This document shows positions 20,420-29,653 of a stretch of 52,203 bases of DNA, one piece after another; the stretch's first letter is position 1, and each line of letters starts with the position of its first letter. Both the position numbers and the translations under genes were made by a program. Where the stretch lies: NCBI GenBank assembly GCA_015232535.1, contig JADFZM010000002.1, positions 1-52,203 of the forward strand. Reading direction: 5' to 3'. The DNA comes from Candidatus Omnitrophota bacterium. Lineage in GTDB: Bacteria > Omnitrophota > Gorgyraeia > Zapsychrales > Zapsychraceae. The notes beneath the pieces are model-generated. The model worked only from the letters and a program-made list of their open reading frames with translations. It was not told the origin of the DNA and made no database searches.

Positions 20420-20726
20420 GGGAGAGAATTTTAAAAAAGCCTTTTCCCGCTGATTTCAAATTACGAAGCTGCTAATCATAAGTGCTTGATATATAATAGC
20501 TTACAAGATAGAAGATAATTATCTACGTAGTTTAACAATGAATTAAAAAGCGTAATAAATAAAATTTATATTTTCACTGGGCTCAGTGTTCGGAATTCAG
20601 GATATTTCGTAATTCAAGCAGAAAAAAAAGAAAGGGCATGTATTTTGAATATCCCCCAAATAAAACTTAAGTTTAAACCGCCAATTGCTTAAAATCATAA
20701 ATTAATAGGCCCTTATTTTACAGAAA

Positions 20727-20735
20727 TGATATAAT
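20727..20735 (+). promoter_or_regulatory. Extended -10 element upstream of gspE
   Basis: TGaTATAAT about 25 bp before the ATG. Confidence 0.45.
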
Positions 20736-20759
20736 TATTAAAATAAATACAAGGATAAT

Positions 20760-22442
20760 ATGGGTAAAAATAAATTTCCATTAGGGCAGCTTTTAATAGA
20801 GAAGAAGATCATAACCCAAGAGCAGTTGGATATTGCTCTTCGAAAGCAAAAGGAAACAGGAGAGCTTTTAGGAGCGACCTTGCTGGATTTGGGCTTCATT
20901 GATGAGGAAACGGTTTTCATTCCTTTATTAGCCGGCCAATTAGGGGTTGATTTTATAAGCTTTAAGGACCTGCAGATCAATCCCGAAGCGATAAAAAAGT
21001 TGCCCGCTAAATTCGCCAGCCATTATAATATAATACCCTGTGATTTTAAGGACAATGTGCTAAAGATAGCGACTACCCAGCCTCTGGATGTGCATTTGAT
21101 CGATGAGTTGAGCTCGGTGGTTAAAAGCAAGGTAAAGACTGTCTTGGCCAGCGAGAAGGACATTACGGAGGCGATAAGGCAATATTACGGTGTCGGCGCG
21201 GAAACGATCGAACAGATGATGGGTTCTGTTCAGCAATCGGCTGTCAGCGAGAAGGAAGTCGCCGGAATTGAAGATGAATCCGAGGCCTCGATAAGCAAAT
21301 TTTTAAACCAGATCATTATCGAGGCGTACAGGGATAGGGCGACGGATATCCATATCGAGCCTTACGAAGACGAGCTTAAAATAAGGTACCGTATCGACGG
21401 AATATTATACGACGCCAAGGTCCCGGCGAACATCAAGGTTTTCAAGGATGCCATAAATTCGCGCATAAAGATTTTATCAAACCTCAATATCGCCGAGAAA
21501 AGGGTTCCGCAGGATGGGAGGTTCAAAGTAAGGGTCAATGACCTTGATATTGACCTTCGCGTATCATTCCTTCCCACCCAGCACGGCGAAAGCGTTGTTT
21601 TAAGGGTCTTGAATTCCGCCCGCTTGTACGATCTCGAGGAACTGGGGTTCAATAAAGATGAGTTAAAGATAATAGAGAATATCCTCAAGCGGCCGCACGG
21701 GATAATTTTCCTCACCGGCCCCACCGGAAGCGGAAAGACAACCACTCTTTATTCATTCCTTTCCAAGGTCAATACCGAGGATAAAAAAATAATCACGATC
21801 GAAGACCCTGTCGAATACCAGCTAAAAGGTATAACGCAGATACAGATAAACCCTAAAGTAGGCCTCACTTTCGCCCAGGGCCTGCGTTCCATGCTCCGCC
21901 ATGACCCGGACATAATGATGGTCGGAGAGGTTCGCGATATCGAAACCGCCGAGATAGCCATTCAGGTTGCCTTGACCGGGCATTTGGTTTTATCGACCTT
22001 GCATACGAACGATGCACCAAGCGGGGTGGCGCGGCTTTTGGATATGGGAGTTGAGCCTTATTTGATAACCAGTACGGTGGAGTGCCTGATCGCTCAGAGA
22101 TTGGTCAGGGTTATTTGCCCCAGCTGCCGCCAGAGCTATATTCTGCCCGACGATGTCCTGGAGGAATTCGGCGAGGAAAAAGGAAAAGAAGTTATCGCCT
22201 ACAAAGGCAAGGGCTGTGAAAGCTGCCATTTCACCGGCTATATCGGGCGCGAGTCGATCTACGAGATCCTGGTCTTTAGCGAGGAGATACGCGGCCTGGT
22301 AATGGAAAGGGCGACGGCAAATCATATCCGCGAAAAAGCCGCAGCGCAGGGGATGAAAACACTTCTTCATTCCGGCTGGGCGAAGATCAAAAAAGGCATT
22401 ACTACCGTCGAAGAAATCTTCAGGGTAACAAAAGATGAATAG
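20760..22442 (+). CDS. gspE: T2SS/T4P assembly ATPase GspE/PilB with MshEN-like N-terminus
   Basis: PLGQLLIEKKIITQEQLDIAL..LGATL, TGPTGSGKTTT, TIEDPVE, MVGEVRD, CxxC...CxxC. Confidence 0.92.
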   Translation: MGKNKFPLGQLLIEKKIITQEQLDIALRKQKETGELLGATLLDLGFIDEETVFIPLLAGQLGVDFISFKDLQINPEAIKKLPAKFASHYNIIPCDFKDNVLKIATTQPLDVHLIDELSSVVKSKVKTVLASEKDITEAIRQYYGVGAETIEQMMGSVQQSAVSEKEVAGIEDESEASISKFLNQIIIEAYRDRATDIHIEPYEDELKIRYRIDGILYDAKVPANIKVFKDAINSRIKILSNLNIAEKRVPQDGRFKVRVNDLDIDLRVSFLPTQHGESVVLRVLNSARLYDLEELGFNKDELKIIENILKRPHGIIFLTGPTGSGKTTTLYSFLSKVNTEDKKIITIEDPVEYQLKGITQIQINPKVGLTFAQGLRSMLRHDPDIMMVGEVRDIETAEIAIQVALTGHLVLSTLHTNDAPSGVARLLDMGVEPYLITSTVECLIAQRLVRVICPSCRQSYILPDDVLEEFGEEKGKEVIAYKGKGCESCHFTGYIGRESIYEILVFSEEIRGLVMERATANHIREKAAAQGMKTLLHSGWAKIKKGITTVEEIFRVTKDE

Positions 22443-22461
22443 ATCAATAAGGGATAGGTAA

Positions 22462-23691
22462 ATGCCCGAATTCCGTTACAAAGCAAAAGAAGGGCCGAGC
22501 AAAGTGGTGGAGGGAGTTGTCGATGCCGGAAATGTTGATTTGGCCATCAGTAAAGTGATAAATTTAGGCTTGACCCCGATAGATATTTCGGTTAATACCC
22601 ACCACGAAATAAATCCTGCCAAGTCAGCCACAAAAGGAAATTTTGTATTTGTTAAGCGCTTTAAACAGAAAGACCTTGTCCTTTTTGCCCGGCAGATGAG
22701 CGACCTGGTGGGCGCGAATGTACCGATGCTTAAATCGCTCCAGCTCGTCGAAAGCCAGACCGGCAACCCTTATTTCAAAGAGATAATAAAGAAGATGCAC
22801 AAATATGTAGAGGACGGCGGTGCTTTATCCGATGCCTTATCTCAGGAAAAAAATATTTTTAGCCCCTTGTACGTAAATATGGTCCGCACGGGTGAATTAA
22901 GCGGGAAGCTGGATGTTGTGTTGAGCAGGCTGGCCGATTATATGGAGAAAGAAATGGACACCACAGGCAAAATCCGCTCCAGTTTGGCTTATCCGGGGCT
23001 GATAATGATAGTCGGGGCCTTAACGGTATTTTTTCTGCTCAGCTTTGTAATCCCAAGGATCTCTTCGATGTTTGATGATATGGACCAGGCTCTGCCGCTT
23101 CCGACGGTTATACTTGTAAAATTGGGAGTATTTTTTTCTAATTTCTGGTGGCTGATGATTTTATTGTTTATTTCAGGAGCCTATTATGGCCACCAGTATA
23201 TTTCATCCCAAAAAGGAAGGTTATGGTTTGATGTTTTGAAATTAAAACTTCCCTTCCTGGGAGAGTTTGTAAAGGTCGACCAGATCGGAAGATTTTCCCG
23301 GACCATGGCGACGATGCTTGAAAGCGGGGTACCGATAACTATGGCCTTGAATTCGGTCTGGCCGGGTTTGGATAATGTGATATTAAAATCAGAGATAAAA
23401 AAAGTCGCTGAGGAAGTTACGAAAGGCAGTAGCCTGCGCCTGGCGTTAAAGAGATGCTCTTTTTTTCCGGAGTTCGCTTTAAATATGATCTCGGTCGGAG
23501 AGGAGACCGGGCGGCTTGAGCAGGGATTCTACAAAATTGCCGATACTTTCGAGCGCCAGGCGGATGAGGCTGTCAAAACAACTCTATCTTTGCTGGGCCC
23601 GCTGGTATTGGTATTTATCGTCGGGATTGTGGGTATGGTTGTCATTGCGATGATCTTGCCAATATTTAAAATGAATCTGATAATCCAGTAA
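22462..23691 (+). CDS. gspF: Inner-membrane platform protein GspF/PilC
   Basis: GELSGKL, SLAYP, VGEETGRL; three TM segments. Confidence 0.92.
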   Translation: MPEFRYKAKEGPSKVVEGVVDAGNVDLAISKVINLGLTPIDISVNTHHEINPAKSATKGNFVFVKRFKQKDLVLFARQMSDLVGANVPMLKSLQLVESQTGNPYFKEIIKKMHKYVEDGGALSDALSQEKNIFSPLYVNMVRTGELSGKLDVVLSRLADYMEKEMDTTGKIRSSLAYPGLIMIVGALTVFFLLSFVIPRISSMFDDMDQALPLPTVILVKLGVFFSNFWWLMILLFISGAYYGHQYISSQKGRLWFDVLKLKLPFLGEFVKVDQIGRFSRTMATMLESGVPITMALNSVWPGLDNVILKSEIKKVAEEVTKGSSLRLALKRCSFFPEFALNMISVGEETGRLEQGFYKIADTFERQADEAVKTTLSLLGPLVLVFIVGIVGMVVIAMILPIFKMNLIIQ

Positions 23692-23705
23692 AGTTCCTAA
23701 GTTCC

Positions 23706-23979
23706 GGGGACGCGTACCTAATTATGGAAATGAAAAAAGTAATATTCAAAATCCATGATGATTAGACAGAAGATATTATAAGGAGTTGACTAAGGTATTT
23801 ATTCTTGACCAGCGGTGAGTTGCGGGCAGTTGAAGCCGTATTTAAAAAGTTCTTTGTTATAACCGGACAGGGATTCTGCCTGACGCCTGCCTGGCGAAGG
23901 TTGGGGCGGCCAGGGGGAGTTCCGGGGATACGTACCCAATTAAGGAAGCTCAGGGGATATGAATTAGGTACGCGTCCCC
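23706..23979. repeat. REP/MITE-like element bounded by a perfect 18-bp inverted repeat, with an internal third copy
   Basis: GGGGACGCGTACCTAATT at 23706-23723; its reverse complement at 23962-23979; variant GGGGATACGTACCCAATT at 23924-23941. Confidence 0.75.
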
Positions 23980-24093
23980 ATAATTGTCCCCATAATTGTC
24001 CGGGCAGTTGAAGCCGTATTTTAAAAGTTCTTTGTTTTACTCGGACAGTGATACTGCCTGACGCCTGCCCGGCGGAAGTTGGGGCGGCCAGGG
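23823..24093. repeat. 93-bp imperfect direct repeat, two copies (23823-23915 and 24001-24093)
   Basis: Manual alignment gives 9 substitutions in 93 nt; the unit starts CGGGCAGTTGAAGCCG and ends GGGGCGGCCAGGG. Confidence 0.9.
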
Positions 24094-24272
24094 TTAGGCG
24101 GGGTTGATAATTTTAATTCCCCCCACCCCCCATTGCTGGAGGGGGTCTTAATCGATGTTTTAGTTGCACATCGGGGAGGAAAACAACGGAAGCAACAATT
24201 TTTATAATGACGTAATTCAAGGATATTTAAGGTAAAAACAGGATAGAATTAGAAAGTAATATGGGAGGAGAT

Positions 24273-24719
24273 ATGCGTAAAGAAAAAAGGTCAGGATTTA
24301 CAATGATTGAAATCATGCTGGTAGTTATAATCATCGGCATCTTAGGTGCGATGGTTATGCCCAATATAACCGGAAAAAGCGAGCAGGCGAGGAAGGCCGC
24401 CGCCCGGGCGGATATCGAAGCTAATCTTTCGGCGTCCCTTGATCTTTACGAAATGGACAACGGCAGGTTTCCTACGACCGAGCAGGGTCTTAAGGGCCTT
24501 TTGGTTAAACCGACTTCGTCTCCCGAGCCGGCGAATTGGAACGGCCCATATCTCAAAAAGAAGAAGATGCCGCTAGACCCCTGGGGAAGAGAATATGTCT
24601 ATGTTTCGCCTGGAGCGCGCAATGAGGGAGAGTATGACCTTTCGTCTTTAGGCCGAGATGGAGTTGAAAGCGAAGATGATATCATCAATTGGGGCGAGAC
24701 TGGAATGCAAGGGGAATAG
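24273..24719 (+). CDS. gspG: Major pseudopilin GspG
   Basis: G|FTMIEIMLVV, LDLYEMDNGRFPTTEQGL, WNGPYL, DPWG, SLGRDG; GGAGG RBS. Confidence 0.95.
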   Translation: MRKEKRSGFTMIEIMLVVIIIGILGAMVMPNITGKSEQARKAAARADIEANLSASLDLYEMDNGRFPTTEQGLKGLLVKPTSSPEPANWNGPYLKKKKMPLDPWGREYVYVSPGARNEGEYDLSSLGRDGVESEDDIINWGETGMQGE

Positions 24720-24722
24720 AAT

Positions 24723-25244
24723 GTGGAAAGCCGAGAGAGGGTGAAAATATTTTTTAAAACAGGTAAGCGGATAAGAAGCGGTTTCACTTTAATCGAAATT
24801 ATATTTGTTGTGATGATCGTTCTAATAATCCTCGGCATTGCCCTGCCTAATTTCAGTAAGACATACTCCGGAGTACTTCTTAATCAAACAGCGCAGGATT
24901 TAACCTATTCTATGCGCTATGCCCAGTCTTTGGCTATCAATAAAGGTATTATGACCCGCTTGGTGGTAGATGAGAGTAAGGGGTCGTATTGGGCCGAGGA
25001 ACAATTAACCGATGATACGGGCGATGTAACCGATGATTTCGTAAAAGGGAAAGGGCGTTTATCGAGGCCCGTTCAAGTACAGGCGGATATTGAGCTGGAA
25101 TGCGAAGGCGGGCAAATTATGTTCTATCCCGACGGAAGCATAGAAAAAAAGAGGCTTTATTTATGCCGCAAGGAAAAGTGTTTTACCGTAACGACAAAGG
25201 AATTATGGGGACAAATAGCGCTTTTAAACGGAAAAGTTTTATAA
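24723..25244 (+). CDS. Minor pseudopilin GspH/FimT-like
   Basis: G|FTLIEIIFVV, RYAQSLA, FYPDGS. Confidence 0.8.
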   Translation: MESRERVKIFFKTGKRIRSGFTLIEIIFVVMIVLIILGIALPNFSKTYSGVLLNQTAQDLTYSMRYAQSLAINKGIMTRLVVDESKGSYWAEEQLTDDTGDVTDDFVKGKGRLSRPVQVQADIELECEGGQIMFYPDGSIEKKRLYLCRKEKCFTVTTKELWGQIALLNGKVL

Positions 25245-25246
25245 GC

Positions 25247-25678
25247 ATGGTTTTCCCTGGGAAGAGAGGATGCGGTAATAAAAGGGCATCCATGCTCATC
25301 GAGGCCTTGCTTTCGACGGTAATTTTATCGGTAAGCCTTACGGTAATAATCAGCTCGATAACGGCTTGTGTGCGTTCGATTGTTTACAGCAGTGATTACA
25401 CTGAGGCGCTTTTTTTAGCGGAAGACAAAATGCTTAAACTATTGGAAAAAGGATCGGTCGCTGTCAATCTTAAAGAGGAGGAGGCTTTTCCCGCTCCTGA
25501 CGATAGATTCAAATATATCCTCCAAACAAACATATCGGAATTCTCTAAGGCCGCCTCCGACCTGCCTTCCGAGGAGAAGATCAATGAGGTTGCCTTAAAA
25601 GTATATTGGGACTCCGGGAAAAGAAAGAACGCCCTGGAATTTAACACTTACCTGTTTAATTTGCCCGATGAAAAATAA
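25247..25678 (+). CDS. Minor pseudopilin GspI-like
   Basis: KRA|SMLIEALLS followed by a hydrophobic helix; position after GspH. Confidence 0.7.
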   Translation: MVFPGKRGCGNKRASMLIEALLSTVILSVSLTVIISSITACVRSIVYSSDYTEALFLAEDKMLKLLEKGSVAVNLKEEEAFPAPDDRFKYILQTNISEFSKAASDLPSEEKINEVALKVYWDSGKRKNALEFNTYLFNLPDEK

Positions 25679-26387
25679 TAATAAATCATTCACCATGATC
25701 GAGCTTCTTTTAGCGCTAAGCATATTTGCGGTCATCGCCTCCGGTGTTTACAGTATTTTTTGGAGCGGATTGAAATTAAGCCACCGCGCCCAGCTCAAGA
25801 CATCTGTTTACAAAGAGGCCCGCCTCGCCATTAATTTAATGACCAGGGAGCTGGAGAATATGCTTTATTATGACTTCGGGGAGAAATATCCGAATAAAGC
25901 TTCTTTTTTCGGTACGGAAAGCAGCATAAGTTTCTTAACCGAAAGTGATGAAGGATTGAAAGCGGTGAGCTATTATCTGGTGTCACCGTCTGATGGCACG
26001 GCGCATACCGTTATTATCGGAGATATATACAAAAAAAACGTAGCCTTTGAGATCAAAGACGAAAAGCTCGAGCGGCTCAATTTTCTGGTGCGGGAAGAAA
26101 AACTTTTCGTCGATTACTTAAATAATGCGGAGGGCCAAAGCGGCAGTCTCGAGGTGGTTTCGGCAAATGTAAAAGAAGGCGGCCTGAAATTCAGTTATGG
26201 GTATTCGGCCGGGGGTGATAACACCTCTATTGTTAGGAAGGGCACCTGGAAGGGAAAATATATCCCTTCCGATGTAAGAATGGAAATAGATTTCATAAAT
26301 CGGCTCGACCCTAAGCGCAGTATGAATATCAAAAGAGGTGTTTTGATCTCAACGGGCTTCTTAGGGGAGGAAGAAGGGCCGCAATAA
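25668..26387 (+). CDS. Minor pseudopilin GspJ-like
   Basis: KS|FTMIELLLALSIFAVI; position in the operon. Confidence 0.8.
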   Translation: MKNNNKSFTMIELLLALSIFAVIASGVYSIFWSGLKLSHRAQLKTSVYKEARLAINLMTRELENMLYYDFGEKYPNKASFFGTESSISFLTESDEGLKAVSYYLVSPSDGTAHTVIIGDIYKKNVAFEIKDEKLERLNFLVREEKLFVDYLNNAEGQSGSLEVVSANVKEGGLKFSYGYSAGGDNTSIVRKGTWKGKYIPSDVRMEIDFINRLDPKRSMNIKRGVLISTGFLGEEEGPQ

Positions 26388-26389
26388 AT

Positions 26390-27463
26390 ATGAGAATAAG
26401 GACGGGTAATAAATCCGGGGTAATTTTGATAATCGTGCTATGGGTATTGGTCATCTTGACTGTTTTGTCCTTAAGCCTGGGACGCGGCTCGAATATCGAA
26501 TTGGCTATGGCGAAATACGCGATAGGTAAAGCGCGGTCAAAATACATTGCCTGGGCGGGATTGTTTTATTCAGTTTATCAGCTTAAGCAAGACACTAAAG
26601 ACCCTGCCTCGGCCGCCGAAGACAATTTGTATTACTGCGGAATAAAAACGGATGATTCCGTAAATCCGGAGACACTTTTTAAAGACCACAAGGTGGAGGG
26701 AGGGGAATTCAGCATTTATTACCGACAAGAAGCTTCGGACAGCGGCAGAAAAAGAATTGTTTACGGCCTTTTCGACGAAGAGCGGCTGCTCAATCTTAAC
26801 GGCATAAACAGTTTTAACGTTCCGATCCTGGAAAGCCTTTTGACGGTTCTGGGCGTGGAACAGGAGAAAGCGAGGACTATCGCGGCCGCAGTTGCCGACT
26901 GGCAGGACGGCGACGATAATTTATCCGACGGGGAATACGGCGCGGAAAACGATTATTATTCGAGTCTGCCCAAGCCTTATCTTTGCAAGAACTCTGCCTT
27001 TAACTCTCTTCCTGAATTGCTGCTTGTAAAGGGGATGGACAAAGAGGCCTACTCTTTGGTAAAAAATTATCTGACCGTTTTACCTTCGCAGGGAGGGTTA
27101 AAGGTGAATTTTAATACCGCTTCATACCCCGTCTTACTGGCTTTGGCCATGGATTCCTTAAAAAGGACGGTTAATGCCACAGAGGAAGATGCCAGAAGCC
27201 TGGTTGAAAAAATGATTAAATACAGGCGAGGCGGGGACCAAACAGAATTTACCTCCGACGACAGAAAGGTGGATTTGACCGAGACCCCCGTTAATGCCGT
27301 TGAAAGGAATATCTTTTTGCAGATGAGCCGCTATAAGACCGACCGTTCGCAGTATTTCCGCGTACACTCACAAGGAACTGACTCGGCAAGAAAGATAAAA
27401 ACTAATTTGACAGCGGTCATAGATCGGGATGACAATAGTGTATTATATTGGAAGATTAACTAG
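26390..27463 (+). CDS. gspK: Minor pseudopilin GspK
   Basis: G|VILIIVLW (no E5), DEERLLNLN, DWQDGD, GAENDYY, ELLLVKGM, VNFNTA. Confidence 0.9.
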   Translation: MRIRTGNKSGVILIIVLWVLVILTVLSLSLGRGSNIELAMAKYAIGKARSKYIAWAGLFYSVYQLKQDTKDPASAAEDNLYYCGIKTDDSVNPETLFKDHKVEGGEFSIYYRQEASDSGRKRIVYGLFDEERLLNLNGINSFNVPILESLLTVLGVEQEKARTIAAAVADWQDGDDNLSDGEYGAENDYYSSLPKPYLCKNSAFNSLPELLLVKGMDKEAYSLVKNYLTVLPSQGGLKVNFNTASYPVLLALAMDSLKRTVNATEEDARSLVEKMIKYRRGGDQTEFTSDDRKVDLTETPVNAVERNIFLQMSRYKTDRSQYFRVHSQGTDSARKIKTNLTAVIDRDDNSVLYWKIN

Positions 27464-27475
27464 GCCTAAGGTGAT

Positions 27476-28909
27476 ATGAATAAAGGGATTTCCTCAGTAA
27501 TAGAAATTACCGAATCGAGCGTTAAGCTTTTGCAGTATAAAGGCTCTTCAGGGAAGAAGGTGTTTTTAAGCGCGGATGTTAAACCTTTAGTTGATTTTAA
27601 TGATGAGGAGCTGGTAAAAAGTCTTAACGGATTCATAGTTTCGCGGAGTATAGGCTCTGGTGATTTGACCTTGATTGTCCCGCGAAAATTCGCCATTCTC
27701 AAGCAGATGAAGCTTCCCTCCCATAATGAGGCGGAGATAAAAAAAATGATCGGCCTTCAGCTGGTCAGCCAGCTCCCTTATTCTTTGGAGGATGTGATTT
27801 ATGATTATCTTTTGATAGAGAAAGACAGCAGCGGTTATTCGCGGGCCCTGGTGTTTGTCCTTCACAAAGATGTTTCGCAAAGATATATCAACCTACTGGA
27901 AAAAGTCGGATTAAGGCCGAACGTATTGACTGTCAGTTCGCTGGGGATCCTGGGATGGCTTAATTATCAGACGGAGATTCAATCTATCAACTTGCATTCA
28001 CCGGTTATCGTAGTTGATATTGATATGCAGCACTCAGAGATATGTTTCTTGAACAATCTCCAGCTGCTTTTCTCCCGTAATGTTGATTGGGGGCTGAGGG
28101 ACTTGAACGAAGATAATCCTATTGAACTTTTAGGCCAGATTGAATTAAGCCTGGAGGCTTATAATAAGGAAAACATGGGCCCGGCTGTGAAAAGGGTCAT
28201 GATTATCAGCTGCGAAAATACGGCTGAGGGGCTTAAAAAAAGGATCGAAGAAGAGTTAAAATTACCGGTGGACATACTTTATGCTTTAGATAACTTAACT
28301 TTTCAAAAGAGCTTTAATCTGGCGTCCATGAAAGATAACAGGTTAATTTCTTTAACGGTTGCTTTAGGCCATGCCTTAGAGAATGTTAAACATGCTCTGA
28401 ACCTGCTTCCGAAGGAGATACACGACAGCGAAAAAATTAAAAAGCAGACTAAAAAGGCCGTCAAGTTCGGTTTTCTATTTCTATCGTCTCTATTGTTATG
28501 CGCGGCTATAATGGCCGTTGACCTTTATCAGAGGAGAAATTATCTCAGGAAGATTGAAATGAAAGCCGAAGATATAAATCCTAAGCTCAAGGATGCTAAA
28601 AATAAACTGCAATTTGTGAAGTTTTTCAACGAAGAGTATAAAGGCCAGACCTCTGTCGCCGATATCATCGCCGGGCTTATTGACATAACACCTTTGGATA
28701 TTTCTTACCGTTCGGTTTATCTCGATGAGAACGGGGCTTTTACTCTCCAGGGATACGCCCAAAAAGGCGCGAGTGTAAACGACTTACAGTCTAAAATGGT
28801 GAAGTCGCCGATTTTTAAAGAGGTGAACCTGCAGTTCGCTACAAAAAGAATGACCTATAACATGGAATTAACCGATTTTAAGATAATAGCTCAAATAATT
28901 AAGAAATAG
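27476..28909 (+). CDS. PilM-PilN/GspL-like fusion alignment protein
   Basis: N-terminal actin-like domain (VIEITESSVK, QLPY, VDID), NLLP motif, TM helix, periplasmic LQGYA domain. Confidence 0.78.
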   Translation: MNKGISSVIEITESSVKLLQYKGSSGKKVFLSADVKPLVDFNDEELVKSLNGFIVSRSIGSGDLTLIVPRKFAILKQMKLPSHNEAEIKKMIGLQLVSQLPYSLEDVIYDYLLIEKDSSGYSRALVFVLHKDVSQRYINLLEKVGLRPNVLTVSSLGILGWLNYQTEIQSINLHSPVIVVDIDMQHSEICFLNNLQLLFSRNVDWGLRDLNEDNPIELLGQIELSLEAYNKENMGPAVKRVMIISCENTAEGLKKRIEEELKLPVDILYALDNLTFQKSFNLASMKDNRLISLTVALGHALENVKHALNLLPKEIHDSEKIKKQTKKAVKFGFLFLSSLLLCAAIMAVDLYQRRNYLRKIEMKAEDINPKLKDAKNKLQFVKFFNEEYKGQTSVADIIAGLIDITPLDISYRSVYLDENGAFTLQGYAQKGASVNDLQSKMVKSPIFKEVNLQFATKRMTYNMELTDFKIIAQIIKK

Positions 28910-28914
28910 CCGAA

Positions 28915-29451
28915 ATGATCGTTAGAAAATTTACCAAGCGGGAACAGTATATCGCATTCTTTTGCGCCCTGACGGGGTTTGTTTATCTGGGGTACTTAGG
29001 GGCATATATCCCATTTAAGAATGAGATCGAGGCTATCGACGCTAAAATCAGTACCGCGGAGGCGAAATTTAATAAAAACAGAGAGACAATAAAGGAAGCA
29101 GAGGAGCTGGAGGCTCAGTATAAAACATATATTTCAAAATTTGCCCAAACCAAGACAAACGAGCAGGAAATGTCCTCGCTGCTCGAAGAGATCGAGGAGG
29201 TGGCTAACAAGCTGGGGTTGAAGATCTCCGACCTTAAGCCTAAGAAAGTCCAGAAAGAAGAGTATTATAACCGTTTTTCGGTGACTTTGGCGATAGACAG
29301 CCAGCTGGTCGATATAATACATTTTATATATACCTTAGAAAACAAGCCGTATAATTTCAGCATTGATGAGATACGCTTTGACCAGGCTACCCGGGCCAAA
29401 TCCAGCGTAAAAAGCAATCTGGTATTATCCAAGATCCTTATACCCCGCTGA
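28915..29451 (+). CDS. PilO/GspM-like protein
   Basis: TKRE followed by a TM helix and coiled coil, LLEEIEEVA, IIHFIYTLE. Confidence 0.78.
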   Translation: MIVRKFTKREQYIAFFCALTGFVYLGYLGAYIPFKNEIEAIDAKISTAEAKFNKNRETIKEAEELEAQYKTYISKFAQTKTNEQEMSSLLEEIEEVANKLGLKISDLKPKKVQKEEYYNRFSVTLAIDSQLVDIIHFIYTLENKPYNFSIDEIRFDQATRAKSSVKSNLVLSKILIPR

Positions 29452-29519
29452 TCAGGAAAAGTTTTCGAATAATTAAATAATGAAAAGCTGTTAACCCCGA
29501 TATGCTTAATGGGACTGTC

Positions 29520-29632
29520 GCGAAATACCGTTTTCCAGGTCACGGCGATAATGATCGATGTTAATAGCCTGGTTTTTTCTTTTCTTGCAATAAGACTTCA
29601 ATTTTGTAACGCTCGGAAGTCCATTGTTTTTT
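29520..29632 (-). pseudogene. Possible IS30-family transposase N-terminal HTH remnant
   Basis: Minus strand reads KKQWTSERYKIEVLLQEKKKPGY*HRS, then after a frameshift YRRDLENG; resembles the IS30 HTH pattern (ERxxIExLL...HRSTIxREL) from memory. Confidence 0.35.
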
Positions 29633-29644
29633 TTAGGGGAGGTA

Positions 29645-29653
29645 TGGTATAAT
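29645..29653 (+). promoter_or_regulatory. Extended -10 element at the head of the lipid cluster
   Basis: TGgTATAAT upstream of the PagL-like gene. Confidence 0.45.

Noticed and set aside
23805-24011. 68-aa ORF across the repeats
   Set aside because: Made of repeat sequence; the second repeat copy has a stop in the same frame; no recognisable domain
23701-24093. Possible CRISPR array or known RNA (tRNA, SRP, ZTP riboswitch)
   Set aside because: Only 2-3 units in mixed orientation, no regular spacers, no cas genes, and no consensus motifs of those RNAs
25100-25246. Upstream extensions of several ORFs (25100, 15899, 31066, 37677, 41664, 45408, 50126)
   Set aside because: They overlap upstream genes; downstream ATGs with RBS or stop-start coupling fit better
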